A stretch of 46,198 bases of DNA from positions 1 to 46,198 of IMG/VR virus record IMGVR_UViG_3300032327_000860. One strand, written 5' to 3'. Made by a program: the position numbers and the translations under genes. The stretch is from a virus. Lineage: Duplodnaviria > Caudoviricetes. Shown here one piece after another: positions 25,603 to 34,686 of the stretch (its first letter is position 1; every line of letters begins with the position of its first letter). The notes under the pieces were generated by a model. It had not been told where the DNA came from, searched no databases, and saw only the letters and a program-made list of their open reading frames with translations.

Positions 25603-27204
25603 TTAAGCCGCAGCATCGAGAAGGGCCTGCTGCTGATCTGCGAGTGCGGGATCGACTGCCTGTGCACCGATGTTGGTGCCTGGGGCACTGCGGATGTAGT
25701 CGCCGTGATACTCGATGCCAGCTTCTAGGCACCACTGCTTTCGCTGGGCGATTTCCTTGATGCGCTTCAGGGCTTGCGTTTCGGCGTTGAGCCCTTGCAA
25801 GCTGAAGTATTCCTCCTCGGTGCCCTTGCCATCGGCGAGACGATCCAGCCACGTCTTGTGATAGTAGCGCTCGTCGATGGTGATGTCGCGAGGTCCGTGG
25901 AAAGTTGCTAGGCGGTAATCTGCGCCATTGCGCGGCACGCGGCCTCCATTGACCTGGCCAGTCAGGATGCCGTATTGCAGAGCCCAGTCGCTGAGCGGCT
26001 TGACGAAACGGCGAACGGTGATCAGCAAAATGCGGTTAAAGTACCAGCTCGCCTGGGCCAGCGTGTTGCGAATATCCGGCCCCTTGCCAGCGCCAATCGC
26101 GGCCCACACAAAGGCTGGCGGGATGCCGTAGCTAAGGGCGATCTGAGTGACGAGGTAATCCATCGCGCCCGCATAGATGGCGCTGTTTGAATTGCTGGTG
26201 TAGGCGTCTAGCTTCGTGCCCTCAGGGAAGACGGGCACCTTTGCGCCGCCCATAATTTCCACGTATCGATGCAGCACGGCCTTCTGCTCACTGGTGCCAT
26301 CGGCTTTCTCATTCGTGGCCGAGCCGTAGCTGTCCATGATGAAATTCTCCAGCGCTTCAGGCGTCTCCCCCGTGGGCGTGGTGATGATGGCGGCGAAGAG
26401 CGCATTGATATGCTCGCGGGCTTCCGTCAAGGCACCAAGCGTCAACATGCTCTGCGCGCTTCTCTGTGCCCGATGGCACCAGGGGATGCCACGACTGAGC
26501 TGGATGCGCTTGCGATCCAATAGGAGCAGGAAGTCGCGCGCTTGATAGTCCCAGTAGTTGCTCGCACTCGTGAGCGTCGTGAGGAATCGGCTGTCGCCTT
26601 TCAGCACGCGGTAGGTGATGGCCTTGCCGACGGCGTTGCGCAAAATGCCCTCCTGCCAGCCGGATGTTTGGCTGCTCAACGTGCCGAAGATGGCCGTGCT
26701 GCCGATCTGGTCAGAGGTGAACATCTGCACCTGCGGACCGCTAGCAATGTTGCCCCGCGCATCGCGTTGCAGGATCTTCGCCGCGCCGCAGTCGCCATCC
26801 ACGATCATGCCGCGCGCGGCTACGCATTGCATCTCATACATGGTCTGCTCTTCGGCGATGTCGAAGGCCGTGCTTTCGAAGAGGGCATTCAAGAAACGAT
26901 CAGCACTGGCATCGAAGTCAGGATCGCCCGTCGCAGAGTAGCGGTTGATGCCGCTCCCGATGGCGTAGCTCACCGAGTTGTCATTGAGCGCGCCGATGAT
27001 GCCGAGGTTGTTATCAAGCCAGCGCGAGGTCTTCATTGCCTCGTTGCGCTCGTAGGGCTTCATCTGGTGAAGCTGTCGCGGCGAGAAGGTGACGTTGCTC
27101 GTGATGCCATTGCCGCCTGTGCCAAAGGGTGTCTGGGGAGCGCTGTTAGTGGGTCCGGTCAGCTCGCGCCAAGCGCTGCCAAGACGATTGAAGAAGGAGG
27201 CCAT
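25603..27204 (-). CDS. Portal protein (lambda-like family)
   Basis: 533 aa between TerL/gpW and protease; IVDGD, EGI..NAVGKAITY and Q.RGIP motifs. Confidence 0.85.
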   Translation of the reverse strand: MASFFNRLGSAWRELTGPTNSAPQTPFGTGGNGITSNVTFSPRQLHQMKPYERNEAMKTSRWLDNNLGIIGALNDNSVSYAIGSGINRYSATGDPDFDASADRFLNALFESTAFDIAEEQTMYEMQCVAARGMIVDGDCGAAKILQRDARGNIASGPQVQMFTSDQIGSTAIFGTLSSQTSGWQEGILRNAVGKAITYRVLKGDSRFLTTLTSASNYWDYQARDFLLLLDRKRIQLSRGIPWCHRAQRSAQSMLTLGALTEAREHINALFAAIITTPTGETPEALENFIMDSYGSATNEKADGTSEQKAVLHRYVEIMGGAKVPVFPEGTKLDAYTSNSNSAIYAGAMDYLVTQIALSYGIPPAFVWAAIGAGKGPDIRNTLAQASWYFNRILLITVRRFVKPLSDWALQYGILTGQVNGGRVPRNGADYRLATFHGPRDITIDERYYHKTWLDRLADGKGTEEEYFSLQGLNAETQALKRIKEIAQRKQWCLEAGIEYHGDYIRSAPGTNIGAQAVDPALADQQQALLDAAA

Positions 27205-27207
27205 AGG

Positions 27208-27504
27208 CTAGTGGTTGTAGGGAATGCCGTCATCTTCATCAGCAGCAGGTGCAGAGGCAAAAGCTGTGCCTTGCTTGGGATCATCCAGCCACACATTCAA
27301 GATGACACTGTCTTCGCCTTTCTTGCGCGCTAGGGCGAAGAGCTGAGTGCTCAGTGCCTCTGCATTCACGATGATAAAATGCCTACCGTCGTCGCCTTGC
27401 ATCAGCTTGCCGATACTGCGATTGCGGCCTTTGACTTGGCCATCACGCGGATCGGTCCACTGGCCGACTTTGATTTTGACGTTGCCGAGATGAGTCGATG
27501 CCAT
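27208..27504 (-). CDS. Small beta-rich protein with an SSB-like acidic tail
   Basis: C-terminus ADEDDGIPYNH. Confidence 0.55.
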   Translation of the reverse strand: MASTHLGNVKIKVGQWTDPRDGQVKGRNRSIGKLMQGDDGRHFIIVNAEALSTQLFALARKKGEDSVILNVWLDDPKQGTAFASAPAADEDDGIPYNH

Positions 27505-27513
27505 GGGTGTGAA

Positions 27514-27828
27514 TTAGCCGGTGATGTCATTGATGCGGAAGCCGAGCAACGCCCCGCGAGATTTGCCGCCTGTGCCTAGCTCGCCTTTGATTTGGTCGAT
27601 GGCTCCGACAATGGCGTCGTGATTGTCGCGATCACTGACGCCACGACGGCCCTGGGTGGATGAGCCCTCCGAGCTGTCCGCCGTGATCTCCCAATCACCC
27701 GCTTTGACCTTGTCCGAGTAAAGTGTGCGTTGCGTTTTTAGCCACGCGATCTGATCCTCCAGATCGTCGCCCTCAGCGTCTTCGGCGTCCAGTCGCCAGC
27801 GTTTGATGTCGGAGGAGGTTGCAGCCAT
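27514..27828 (-). CDS. Putative head-completion (gpW-like) protein
   Basis: Helix-hairpin-helix-like pattern, upstream of portal, TTGACA box. Confidence 0.5.
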   Translation of the reverse strand: MAATSSDIKRWRLDAEDAEGDDLEDQIAWLKTQRTLYSDKVKAGDWEITADSSEGSSTQGRRGVSDRDNHDAIVGAIDQIKGELGTGGKSRGALLGFRINDITG

Positions 27829-27844
27829 GCATCAGGCACGGGTG

Positions 27845-28234
27845 TCAATGCGGCGAGGGCACCTTCATCGTGGGCAGTCCAATGCAGACCAATGCCCCAG
27901 CTGCCATCCACCTCACGCGCAAGCCCGCTTCATTCGCTTTCTTCACATGGACTGCTAGACGTTCCGCAGTGCCACGGATGACGGTGAGATCATCCGCTTT
28001 TGTAAGCGGCACTTGATCTTCCCGGTGAGCCGCAAGGGTGATATCTCGCAAAACAGAGCAAAGGTAGCTGAACCGATCTCCTTCCAGCGTTTTTTGTTTC
28101 TGCTCAGCAAACCACGCGTCGACAATTTCCCGATCCTCACGCTGAAGCCGCGCCCCTTGACGGAACTTCTGAACTAAGTTCAGCGTGCGTTCAAGTTGCA
28201 GATTGGCAAGCTCTTCAGCGGAGAGGTCGGACAT
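27845..28234 (-). CDS. Hypothetical protein
   Basis: 129 aa; N-terminus resembles the TerS N-terminus (NLVQKFRQG..L vs NLVKKVGDG..L). Confidence 0.6.
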   Translation of the reverse strand: MSDLSAEELANLQLERTLNLVQKFRQGARLQREDREIVDAWFAEQKQKTLEGDRFSYLCSVLRDITLAAHREDQVPLTKADDLTVIRGTAERLAVHVKKANEAGLRVRWMAAGALVCIGLPTMKVPSPH

Positions 28235-28562
28235 ATTTGAACTCGATGCGAGTCAATAATGTGTTCGGCTGGCAGCCCTGCGCCTTGCAGAAAAAATCAA
28301 TGAACTGGCGTGGTGTAATCTGCGGAAAACCTTCGCGCGCCACGTCGCTAGAGGTAATGCTGTCAAGTCTCTCACGCGTGATTTTGAGGATCTCTATTTC
28401 CGCAAGCACTCGCAAAGTTTCGCCTTTCTTGAGCCCCATGCACTTTTCGACCGCTTTAATTCTATCCCCCGGCCTTGCACGCTGCCAGCCAAGGCGGCGA
28501 GTGACGTCTTTGGATTGATCCCTGATTTGTGGAATGGTGGCAGCAAACGACATGTTTTTCAT
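28215..28562 (-). CDS. ASCH (PUA-like) domain protein
   Basis: MSF...IRDQSKDVTRR..PGD motif and DVAREGF. Confidence 0.8.
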   Translation of the reverse strand: MKNMSFAATIPQIRDQSKDVTRRLGWQRARPGDRIKAVEKCMGLKKGETLRVLAEIEILKITRERLDSITSSDVAREGFPQITPRQFIDFFCKAQGCQPNTLLTRIEFKYVRPLR

Positions 28563-29647
28563 ACAGTTCCGACATACTCAAAGCCGCCAGTAATGCGGGT
28601 AGAACTTCCCGTTTTTTCGAAACCCAACTTTGCACTTTCTTGGCGGTATTTGCTAGCATTTCCAAACCGATTTGTCCGCCACAAAAGGCTGCGATGCCGG
28701 TGCCAAATCATCGCGGGATTGCTGGTTGTGGAAATGTAGCGGTAGCCCTGCGCCGTGTAGAGTCTTCCCAAGTGCTCTGACAATCGATTGCCGATGCCGA
28801 TGCCCTGGTAATCGGGTAACACCACAATGCGATGCTCTCGTTTGAACCGATCTTCATTGGCGTGGGGAAAATGCAAAACAGCTCCAAACGCAACCGGCTG
28901 TCCTTCCCAGGTGGCAAGATAACACTGGGCTGATCTATGTAGATGGCTGTCTAAATAATGATGCTGCCTGAAGAGTCTCCAAGCATCAGCGTTTGTGCGA
29001 TGTACTTCGAGGCGGATTTCGGGGAATCGCCTTCGCTGCCTCCATTCGAACGATGAGTTGCCCACATCATAGACCCAATCGGGATCGAGCCAGTCGATGA
29101 TGTCATAATGGCAACTCACCGCAACGAACGGAGGCGTCCCTCGGTTGCGGAGCATCTTGGACACGGCAGCACTGCCAATGCGCGCCACGTCGCGATCTAC
29201 GACGGAGGTGAACTCGTCAAAGACAAGACCCTTGTCGGCAGACAAAAGGGCTCTGGCAAGCTCTACTCGGAACTGTTGTCCATTGCTTAAAGTCGCAAAC
29301 GGCTTGAGCCACATCGGCGGCGTGGAGAACCCAACCGCGCTTAATGCCTGCACAATAGATTTGGTATTTAGCTGCTCGGGAAAATCGTCGATCAACGCGC
29401 GGTCATCATGCCACACCGAACCATGATGCTGGTGAAAAACCGGGAATGCCTCCGCTGCCAGCGTGCTTTTGCCAGCGCCAGAAGGCCCGCAGATTAACCC
29501 TATTTGCCAGGTTTTTTCATCCAGCGGCAGATCGGCTGTGTGCTCATGCGTGACGTGGTCGAGCGAGAAGTCAAACATGCCGCGCACTTGCTCAACCCGA
29601 AAGCTCGATCTTACCGCGCTCTTTTTTAGAATGTGGATAGTCGGCAT
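28559..29647 (-). CDS. ABC-type ATPase fused to a GNAT acetyltransferase
   Basis: GPSGAGKST, LSNGQQFRVELARAL, VFDEFTSVVDR and SCH; C-terminal HRIVVLPDYQGIGIG. Confidence 0.9.
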   Translation of the reverse strand: MPTIHILKKSAVRSSFRVEQVRGMFDFSLDHVTHEHTADLPLDEKTWQIGLICGPSGAGKSTLAAEAFPVFHQHHGSVWHDDRALIDDFPEQLNTKSIVQALSAVGFSTPPMWLKPFATLSNGQQFRVELARALLSADKGLVFDEFTSVVDRDVARIGSAAVSKMLRNRGTPPFVAVSCHYDIIDWLDPDWVYDVGNSSFEWRQRRRFPEIRLEVHRTNADAWRLFRQHHYLDSHLHRSAQCYLATWEGQPVAFGAVLHFPHANEDRFKREHRIVVLPDYQGIGIGNRLSEHLGRLYTAQGYRYISTTSNPAMIWHRHRSLLWRTNRFGNASKYRQESAKLGFEKTGSSTRITGGFEYVGTV

Positions 29648-30156
29648 TTGAATCCTTTCTCGGTCAACACTTGAAAGACTTGCCGTTGCTCAGCTTCGTT
29701 GGTGCACTCCGCCACCACCTCAAACTTAGTGTCAATGGTGATTAATGGCCGTTGCTGCTTGGTTTGCAGTTTTTTCAAAAGCGCCAAGCAGGGATCAGCG
29801 CCTTGTTCTTTGAGCTTGTCCAGCAGTGTGGCGAGCTTGTCCTTGTCGTCTTTGCCGGTGTGGGCATTGAGCCCGATCATGAGCGATCCGTGATCTTCTT
29901 CACTGAGATCGACCATGCAGACATCGACCAGATCAACACCCATTTCGATGAGAATGCCAATTCGCACATGGCCTGCCACAAGCTTGTTGTTCCGGCGATT
30001 GAAGACGATCAAACCATAGTAGCCGCGCGTCATGGTAGCCTTCAATGTGTTCCATTCGGGCGAGCCTGGCTTCACGCGTTTACGCGGGTTCTCGGGATGC
30101 GGATGGTTCACGCTGGATGGTGGCACCCGCTCAATGTTGAGGGCGGCGATGTTCAT
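29626..30156 (-). CDS. ParB/Srx N-terminal-like protein
   Basis: PHPENPR...LVAGHVR motif. Confidence 0.8.
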   Translation of the reverse strand: MNIAALNIERVPPSSVNHPHPENPRKRVKPGSPEWNTLKATMTRGYYGLIVFNRRNNKLVAGHVRIGILIEMGVDLVDVCMVDLSEEDHGSLMIGLNAHTGKDDKDKLATLLDKLKEQGADPCLALLKKLQTKQQRPLITIDTKFEVVAECTNEAEQRQVFQVLTEKGFKCRLSTF

Positions 30157-32276
30157 GATTTTTCTTTCTGTTCTGTCTTGGCGGCTTCTAGGCGGGCGGC
30201 TTGCAGGGCTTGGCGTTTGAGCCCAGCAATGATCATCGGCTTCGTCCGATACCAGTTGGCTAGGCCATACTTCACCAAATCGGAGCAGTCATTCTTTCCG
30301 CCTTCCGGCTTGGGTAGCCAGCCGAGCACCAGCTTGCCCGACCGAAGGTGCCAGTCTTTTTTCTCGGTCGTGAACTCGGTGAGAAAGCTTTTTGATGGCG
30401 ATTCAAAAAACCAAATGCGACCCGCTGGTGGTGGGTGGCCCTTGTGCAAAGCCTCATCGATCTGCGCGCGAAGCGCGAAGCGCTGCTCATACAGCTCATC
30501 AAGGAAGTAATCCGAGTCGACAAGGTAGCGGTCGATGGGCTTGCCTTTGTGGGTGCGATTGTCTTGAAGCTCGACACGATCTCTCATGTTGTGCGTCTGG
30601 CTGCCGCCACGTCCTTTGACCGGCGAGAGACGACGATAGAGCTTGGGCCGGATGCACACGTTAAGTACTTGATTCGTCGTGTTGCCATCGCCTTCGTCAA
30701 TCCAGCCAGTGATCGTGGTGTTGCGCACGATAGCGCCCTTCCAAAAGCGATCATGCACCTTCCACGTGCCGAGCGTAGCCACCTCGTCAGCTGGGTCAAT
30801 CCATTCGCCTTCGTCGAGAATAGGGATGGGCTGGTCGATCAAGATTTCCAGCTCCGCATCGGACTCCGTCTCGCCATGGTCGATGATCCACGCGGTGTCG
30901 TTGACGTCGCCATTGGTCACTTTTCCAAAGGCGATCTTCAGCCACTTGTAGAGCTTCCCGTGGCCTTGCACGTCGATCATCATGTATGTCCACGCGGGTC
31001 GTGTCGGCACCGTGCCGCGCGCATAGGTGCCCGCCATGGAGAGCAACGGCGCGATGTCGAGCTTTTCGAACTTGGTCTTTTCGACCGGCAAGCCAAGCAC
31101 GCCACGACGGAACGCTCGACGATCTGAGGTGCTGGTGGCCGAGCAATACTTCACGGCCAAGCGGCCCAGGGTGAAGTCGGCAAACATGGGCTTGCCATGC
31201 TCGTCGAGGATCGACGTGTTGGCATAAAGGTCGCTCATGTGCGCGCTCATCTTGCGCGGGATGGGCATGTTTACACGATTGCCGTCCTCTAGCTCGTCGC
31301 CGTCGATGTTGGTCTGCACCCACTGGCGATGCTGCAAGATCATTGCGGTCTTTTCCTCGTCGCGAAACGGCTGCTGACAGCTCGGGCACATGAGATAGGC
31401 ACCGTCTTCGCCATCCTCCATCTTGGCATAATCCCATGCACTGCCGTCTTTGGTCCGGCAGTGCTGGAAGCGGACGTTCTCCCAAACGATCTCGTGTAGG
31501 TGACCACATCGAGGACAGGGGATGTGGCACTTGTGCCGAGTGCCGCTGAGGTATTCACCCCAGATGATGCCGTCGTCTTTCTTCTTTCGGTTCCGCAGCT
31601 TGTGATCTTGGGACAGCTCCGGTGTGAGTGCGTTTCGCGGCTTGCTGAAGAATAACAACTTAGCCCATGAGAACAGCTTTGCACGCTCGCGGAGCAATGT
31701 CAGCGCATTGGACTCGTTGCCTTCTAGTTCAGTCGGCCATTCATCGACCTCATCACCAAAGATGAAGGGCACGGGGCGAGAGGCAACCGCCGAAGCGGTG
31801 CGTGCACCGGCCATGACGATCTTCAATCCCTTCAGGACGAGGATGCGGTTTTTGAGCTTCTTGTCCTCCTGCTCGTAAAGGTAACGGCGAAGGCTGGCGC
31901 ATGATTTTGTGATCATGGGCTTGAGCCGTTCGTTGTTTAGCTCGACCACTTTCTTGTCGCTCTCGAGAGTCCACATGATGTCGCCCAGCTGGTGATCGCC
32001 GATGTAGCAGGACAGGTTCTGCGCGGTCTGAGAGATCGCGCCTTGCGAGCCTTTCACAATGATCAGCTCGCGCCATTTCGGATCGTCGAACCAGTCGTAA
32101 ATGAGCTGCGAGAGAGGGAAGGCATCGAGGTCAATCGGGCCGGGCTTCACCTGCGACACCTCGCGTGGCAGCACGATGTTCTGTGCCACCCATTGCTGAG
32201 ATGGCATCTGCTCTTTGATCGTGAGCAATTCGAGCCAGAAGGCGTGCAGCCAGTCTTGTGTTTGGCGGCGTGTCAT
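30153..32276 (-). CDS. Terminase large subunit (lambda gpA family)
   Basis: DEVDEWP Walker B, IPCPRCGH and CPSCQ Zn motifs, IDVQ nuclease motif, C-terminal NDCSD. Confidence 0.9.
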   Translation of the reverse strand: MTRRQTQDWLHAFWLELLTIKEQMPSQQWVAQNIVLPREVSQVKPGPIDLDAFPLSQLIYDWFDDPKWRELIIVKGSQGAISQTAQNLSCYIGDHQLGDIMWTLESDKKVVELNNERLKPMITKSCASLRRYLYEQEDKKLKNRILVLKGLKIVMAGARTASAVASRPVPFIFGDEVDEWPTELEGNESNALTLLRERAKLFSWAKLLFFSKPRNALTPELSQDHKLRNRKKKDDGIIWGEYLSGTRHKCHIPCPRCGHLHEIVWENVRFQHCRTKDGSAWDYAKMEDGEDGAYLMCPSCQQPFRDEEKTAMILQHRQWVQTNIDGDELEDGNRVNMPIPRKMSAHMSDLYANTSILDEHGKPMFADFTLGRLAVKYCSATSTSDRRAFRRGVLGLPVEKTKFEKLDIAPLLSMAGTYARGTVPTRPAWTYMMIDVQGHGKLYKWLKIAFGKVTNGDVNDTAWIIDHGETESDAELEILIDQPIPILDEGEWIDPADEVATLGTWKVHDRFWKGAIVRNTTITGWIDEGDGNTTNQVLNVCIRPKLYRRLSPVKGRGGSQTHNMRDRVELQDNRTHKGKPIDRYLVDSDYFLDELYEQRFALRAQIDEALHKGHPPPAGRIWFFESPSKSFLTEFTTEKKDWHLRSGKLVLGWLPKPEGGKNDCSDLVKYGLANWYRTKPMIIAGLKRQALQAARLEAAKTEQKEKS

Positions 32277-33337
32277 GCAGCGGCGAGCGCGTAGGGTTCC
32301 GCAAGATTGCTCCGAACCAACTCACCAAAGCAGGCGCGCACATGCGCGGCCTGGCCCGCGATAAAGGCCTCGAAGCTGATGCCCGAGGCAGTGAGGTTGA
32401 GCGTGGTGTAGAGCGGCTGCAGCAGGTGCGGCGCGCTGAGGCCCCGGATGATGTTGCGCACGATCTGGCCTTGTAGCTCTATCAGGTCTGCCGTCTTGAT
32501 CATCGACCTCTCCGCCAATGCCACGGACTCTTTTTGAGTCTGCATTTTTCGCAAGAGTTCCAGCGATGAACGATGTTCCGAATTCAGCAACGCGTAGGCT
32601 TGCAAGTCGTTGTTTGCAAAAGCTTCGTCAGCGGCTCGTCGCTCGCGTGCGGTTTTGATCTCCTGCTTTTCCAGCTCGACGAGGAAGCCGCGCTCTTCTT
32701 CCGGAATGTGCTGACTATGATTGGGAGCTTGGCTAGAGGTGCTCTGGTCTTTCGCTGTTAAAGTGGCTTGCTTTTCGGCTAAGGTATGAGCTATCGGCGA
32801 GGCTTGTTTGCATGGCAGGCCCTTCGCTGCTAGATCATGGAGGACCCGCGGGCACCGGTGCTTAAAGATGTCACGACCTCGCATACGCTCATACCATGCG
32901 ACCATGGCAGCAGGCTCGTCGAACGGCGGTGAATCAGGGCCTTCCGGCACAGCTGCCCCAGCTTGCTTCCAGCGAAAATACTTGGCGCGTGAGATGTCGT
33001 AGATTCGCAGGACGTCGTCCTCCACCAGCGCACCAGGTTGCTGGGGCAGGGGGATGCCTTCGGTGTTGACCATGCTGGCCTCTGGCAGCAGATGCGCGAT
33101 TTCGTCACGTTCGCTGAGACTGAGCCTGCCGCCGTCCATCCACTTTCGCATGAGAGCGGAAATGCGGGCTTCACGGATCTGATCTGGCGAGGTCGTGCCC
33201 TCAGCCATCTCCAAGAAGATTTGCCTGTCCACGTTGCTCAGCGTGCCGCCGTCGCCCACCTTTTTGACGAGGTTGCGCACGTCGGCAGCGAGCACCTTTT
33301 TCGCGATGGCTGGATCGATGTCAGCCATGAGGTCCAT
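32273..33337 (-). CDS. Putative terminase small subunit
   Basis: Directly upstream of TerL; HTH-like YDISRAKYFRWK and a coiled coil. Confidence 0.6.
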   Translation of the reverse strand: MDLMADIDPAIAKKVLAADVRNLVKKVGDGGTLSNVDRQIFLEMAEGTTSPDQIREARISALMRKWMDGGRLSLSERDEIAHLLPEASMVNTEGIPLPQQPGALVEDDVLRIYDISRAKYFRWKQAGAAVPEGPDSPPFDEPAAMVAWYERMRGRDIFKHRCPRVLHDLAAKGLPCKQASPIAHTLAEKQATLTAKDQSTSSQAPNHSQHIPEEERGFLVELEKQEIKTARERRAADEAFANNDLQAYALLNSEHRSSLELLRKMQTQKESVALAERSMIKTADLIELQGQIVRNIIRGLSAPHLLQPLYTTLNLTASGISFEAFIAGQAAHVRACFGELVRSNLAEPYALAAA

Positions 33338-34667
33338 GCAGCTTCGTGGCCGTGAGACCTGCGCCCGTCAGACGCTCCAAAATGACGGCGCAGTATTTGG
33401 GATCGAGCTCGGTGGCGACGCATCGCCTGCCGAGTTGCTCGGCTGCGATGAGTGTAGTGCCACTGCCGCCGAAAAGCTCGAGGACGGTGTCGCCACGTCG
33501 AGAGCTATTCCAGATGTGGCGAGCGACTAAGCGCACAGGCTTGATGGTCGGGTGCAGATCCGAGACGACATTCCGAGGCTCGCGAATGACGGTGGTGTCG
33601 GTGGCGTTTCTCATGTGGCCGATGAGGGTGATGAGTTCGCCTTTGGTCAGTTTCTTGAGGTCGATATCATCGTCGATGATCGTGGATTGCGAGTAGCCGC
33701 CCTGCCAGTAATGCCCCGCGCCTGGACGCCAGCCGTAGAGTATGGGTTCGTGCTGCCACTGATAATCCTGACGGCCCAGAGTCCAGGCTTGCTTCACCCA
33801 GATGAGGCATTGGCGAACATCGAGACCGGCTTCGCGGGCGGCCATTCGCGTCTCGAGACTGTAGCTCTCAGCGTGCGCGATGTAGAAGGCACCGCCTTGC
33901 TTTAGCATGGTGGCACCGGCATTGAGCCAAGCCTTCAGAATGGCGCAGTATTCGTCACCTGGCAGATCATCGTTCAAGATGGTGACTGCCGCGAGGGTGA
34001 CATGGTCTTTGATGCGCCTCCGAAGGCTCTGGTCGTAGGCGACATTGTATGGCGGATCGCACCACAGCATGTCGGCCTTGCCGCCTTCAAGGATGCGCTG
34101 CCAGTTGTCCATTGATGAGCAGTCGCCACAGAGTAGCCGGTGGCTTCCAATCTGGTAAAGATCGCCGGGATGGACCTGCCACTTGATCTGGAGCTCATCG
34201 GCCTTCGTGAGCAGTTGCTCCGCGTTGTCATCGTCGCCCTCGACCTCGAGAGGATCGACGAGGGCCATCAGCGCCGTCGTATCATAGCCAGCAAGCGCAG
34301 CGTCCACACCAGCCAGGTCGATCTCTCCTGCCAGAGATGCGAGGATGGTATTCTCCCAATCGCCGAGAGGACGATTCGCGGCGATCATGCGCGCGTAGTG
34401 AGTTGGCTCGTCGTAGTCCACGACACTCACGTCGACCTCGACGATGCCCAGAGACTCCATCACCTTACGGCGAAAATGCCTGCTAACCAGGCAGCCGTTG
34501 CGCTCATTCCAGACTAGCGGATCGAAGTAGTCGTGCTCGACTGACTTTTTGAGCACCTGCCAGACAGGCGAGTCCGGCTTGGGATGCTCCCTGGGATTAC
34601 GGGGATGGGGTTTTATCTGATCGATGGGAAGACGACGAATGCAGATGGCAGCGACGGTTGGAGACAC
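33321..34667 (-). CDS. ParB-like domain fused to an N6A/N4C DNA methyltransferase
   Basis: DPPYN catalytic motif, HPTIKP, LFGGSGTT SAM-binding motif; start set at GTG 34667 (13 nt after TTGACA); track start is 34676. Confidence 0.92.
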   Translation of the reverse strand: MSPTVAAICIRRLPIDQIKPHPRNPREHPKPDSPVWQVLKKSVEHDYFDPLVWNERNGCLVSRHFRRKVMESLGIVEVDVSVVDYDEPTHYARMIAANRPLGDWENTILASLAGEIDLAGVDAALAGYDTTALMALVDPLEVEGDDDNAEQLLTKADELQIKWQVHPGDLYQIGSHRLLCGDCSSMDNWQRILEGGKADMLWCDPPYNVAYDQSLRRRIKDHVTLAAVTILNDDLPGDEYCAILKAWLNAGATMLKQGGAFYIAHAESYSLETRMAAREAGLDVRQCLIWVKQAWTLGRQDYQWQHEPILYGWRPGAGHYWQGGYSQSTIIDDDIDLKKLTKGELITLIGHMRNATDTTVIREPRNVVSDLHPTIKPVRLVARHIWNSSRRGDTVLELFGGSGTTLIAAEQLGRRCVATELDPKYCAVILERLTGAGLTATKLHGPHG

Positions 34668-34686
34668 GGTGCGCACGCGGTGTCAA

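Noticed and set aside
28559-29647. ABC transporter
   Set aside because: No permease or binding-protein gene nearby; the ATPase is fused to a GNAT in a packaging context
6529-29735. Other minus-strand TTGACA hits (6529, 19202, 21962, 28361, 29730)
   Set aside because: They lie inside ORFs at (I/V/L)-D codons and 40 nt or more from the next start; not counted as late boxes, though 6529 and 21962 could be leadered variants
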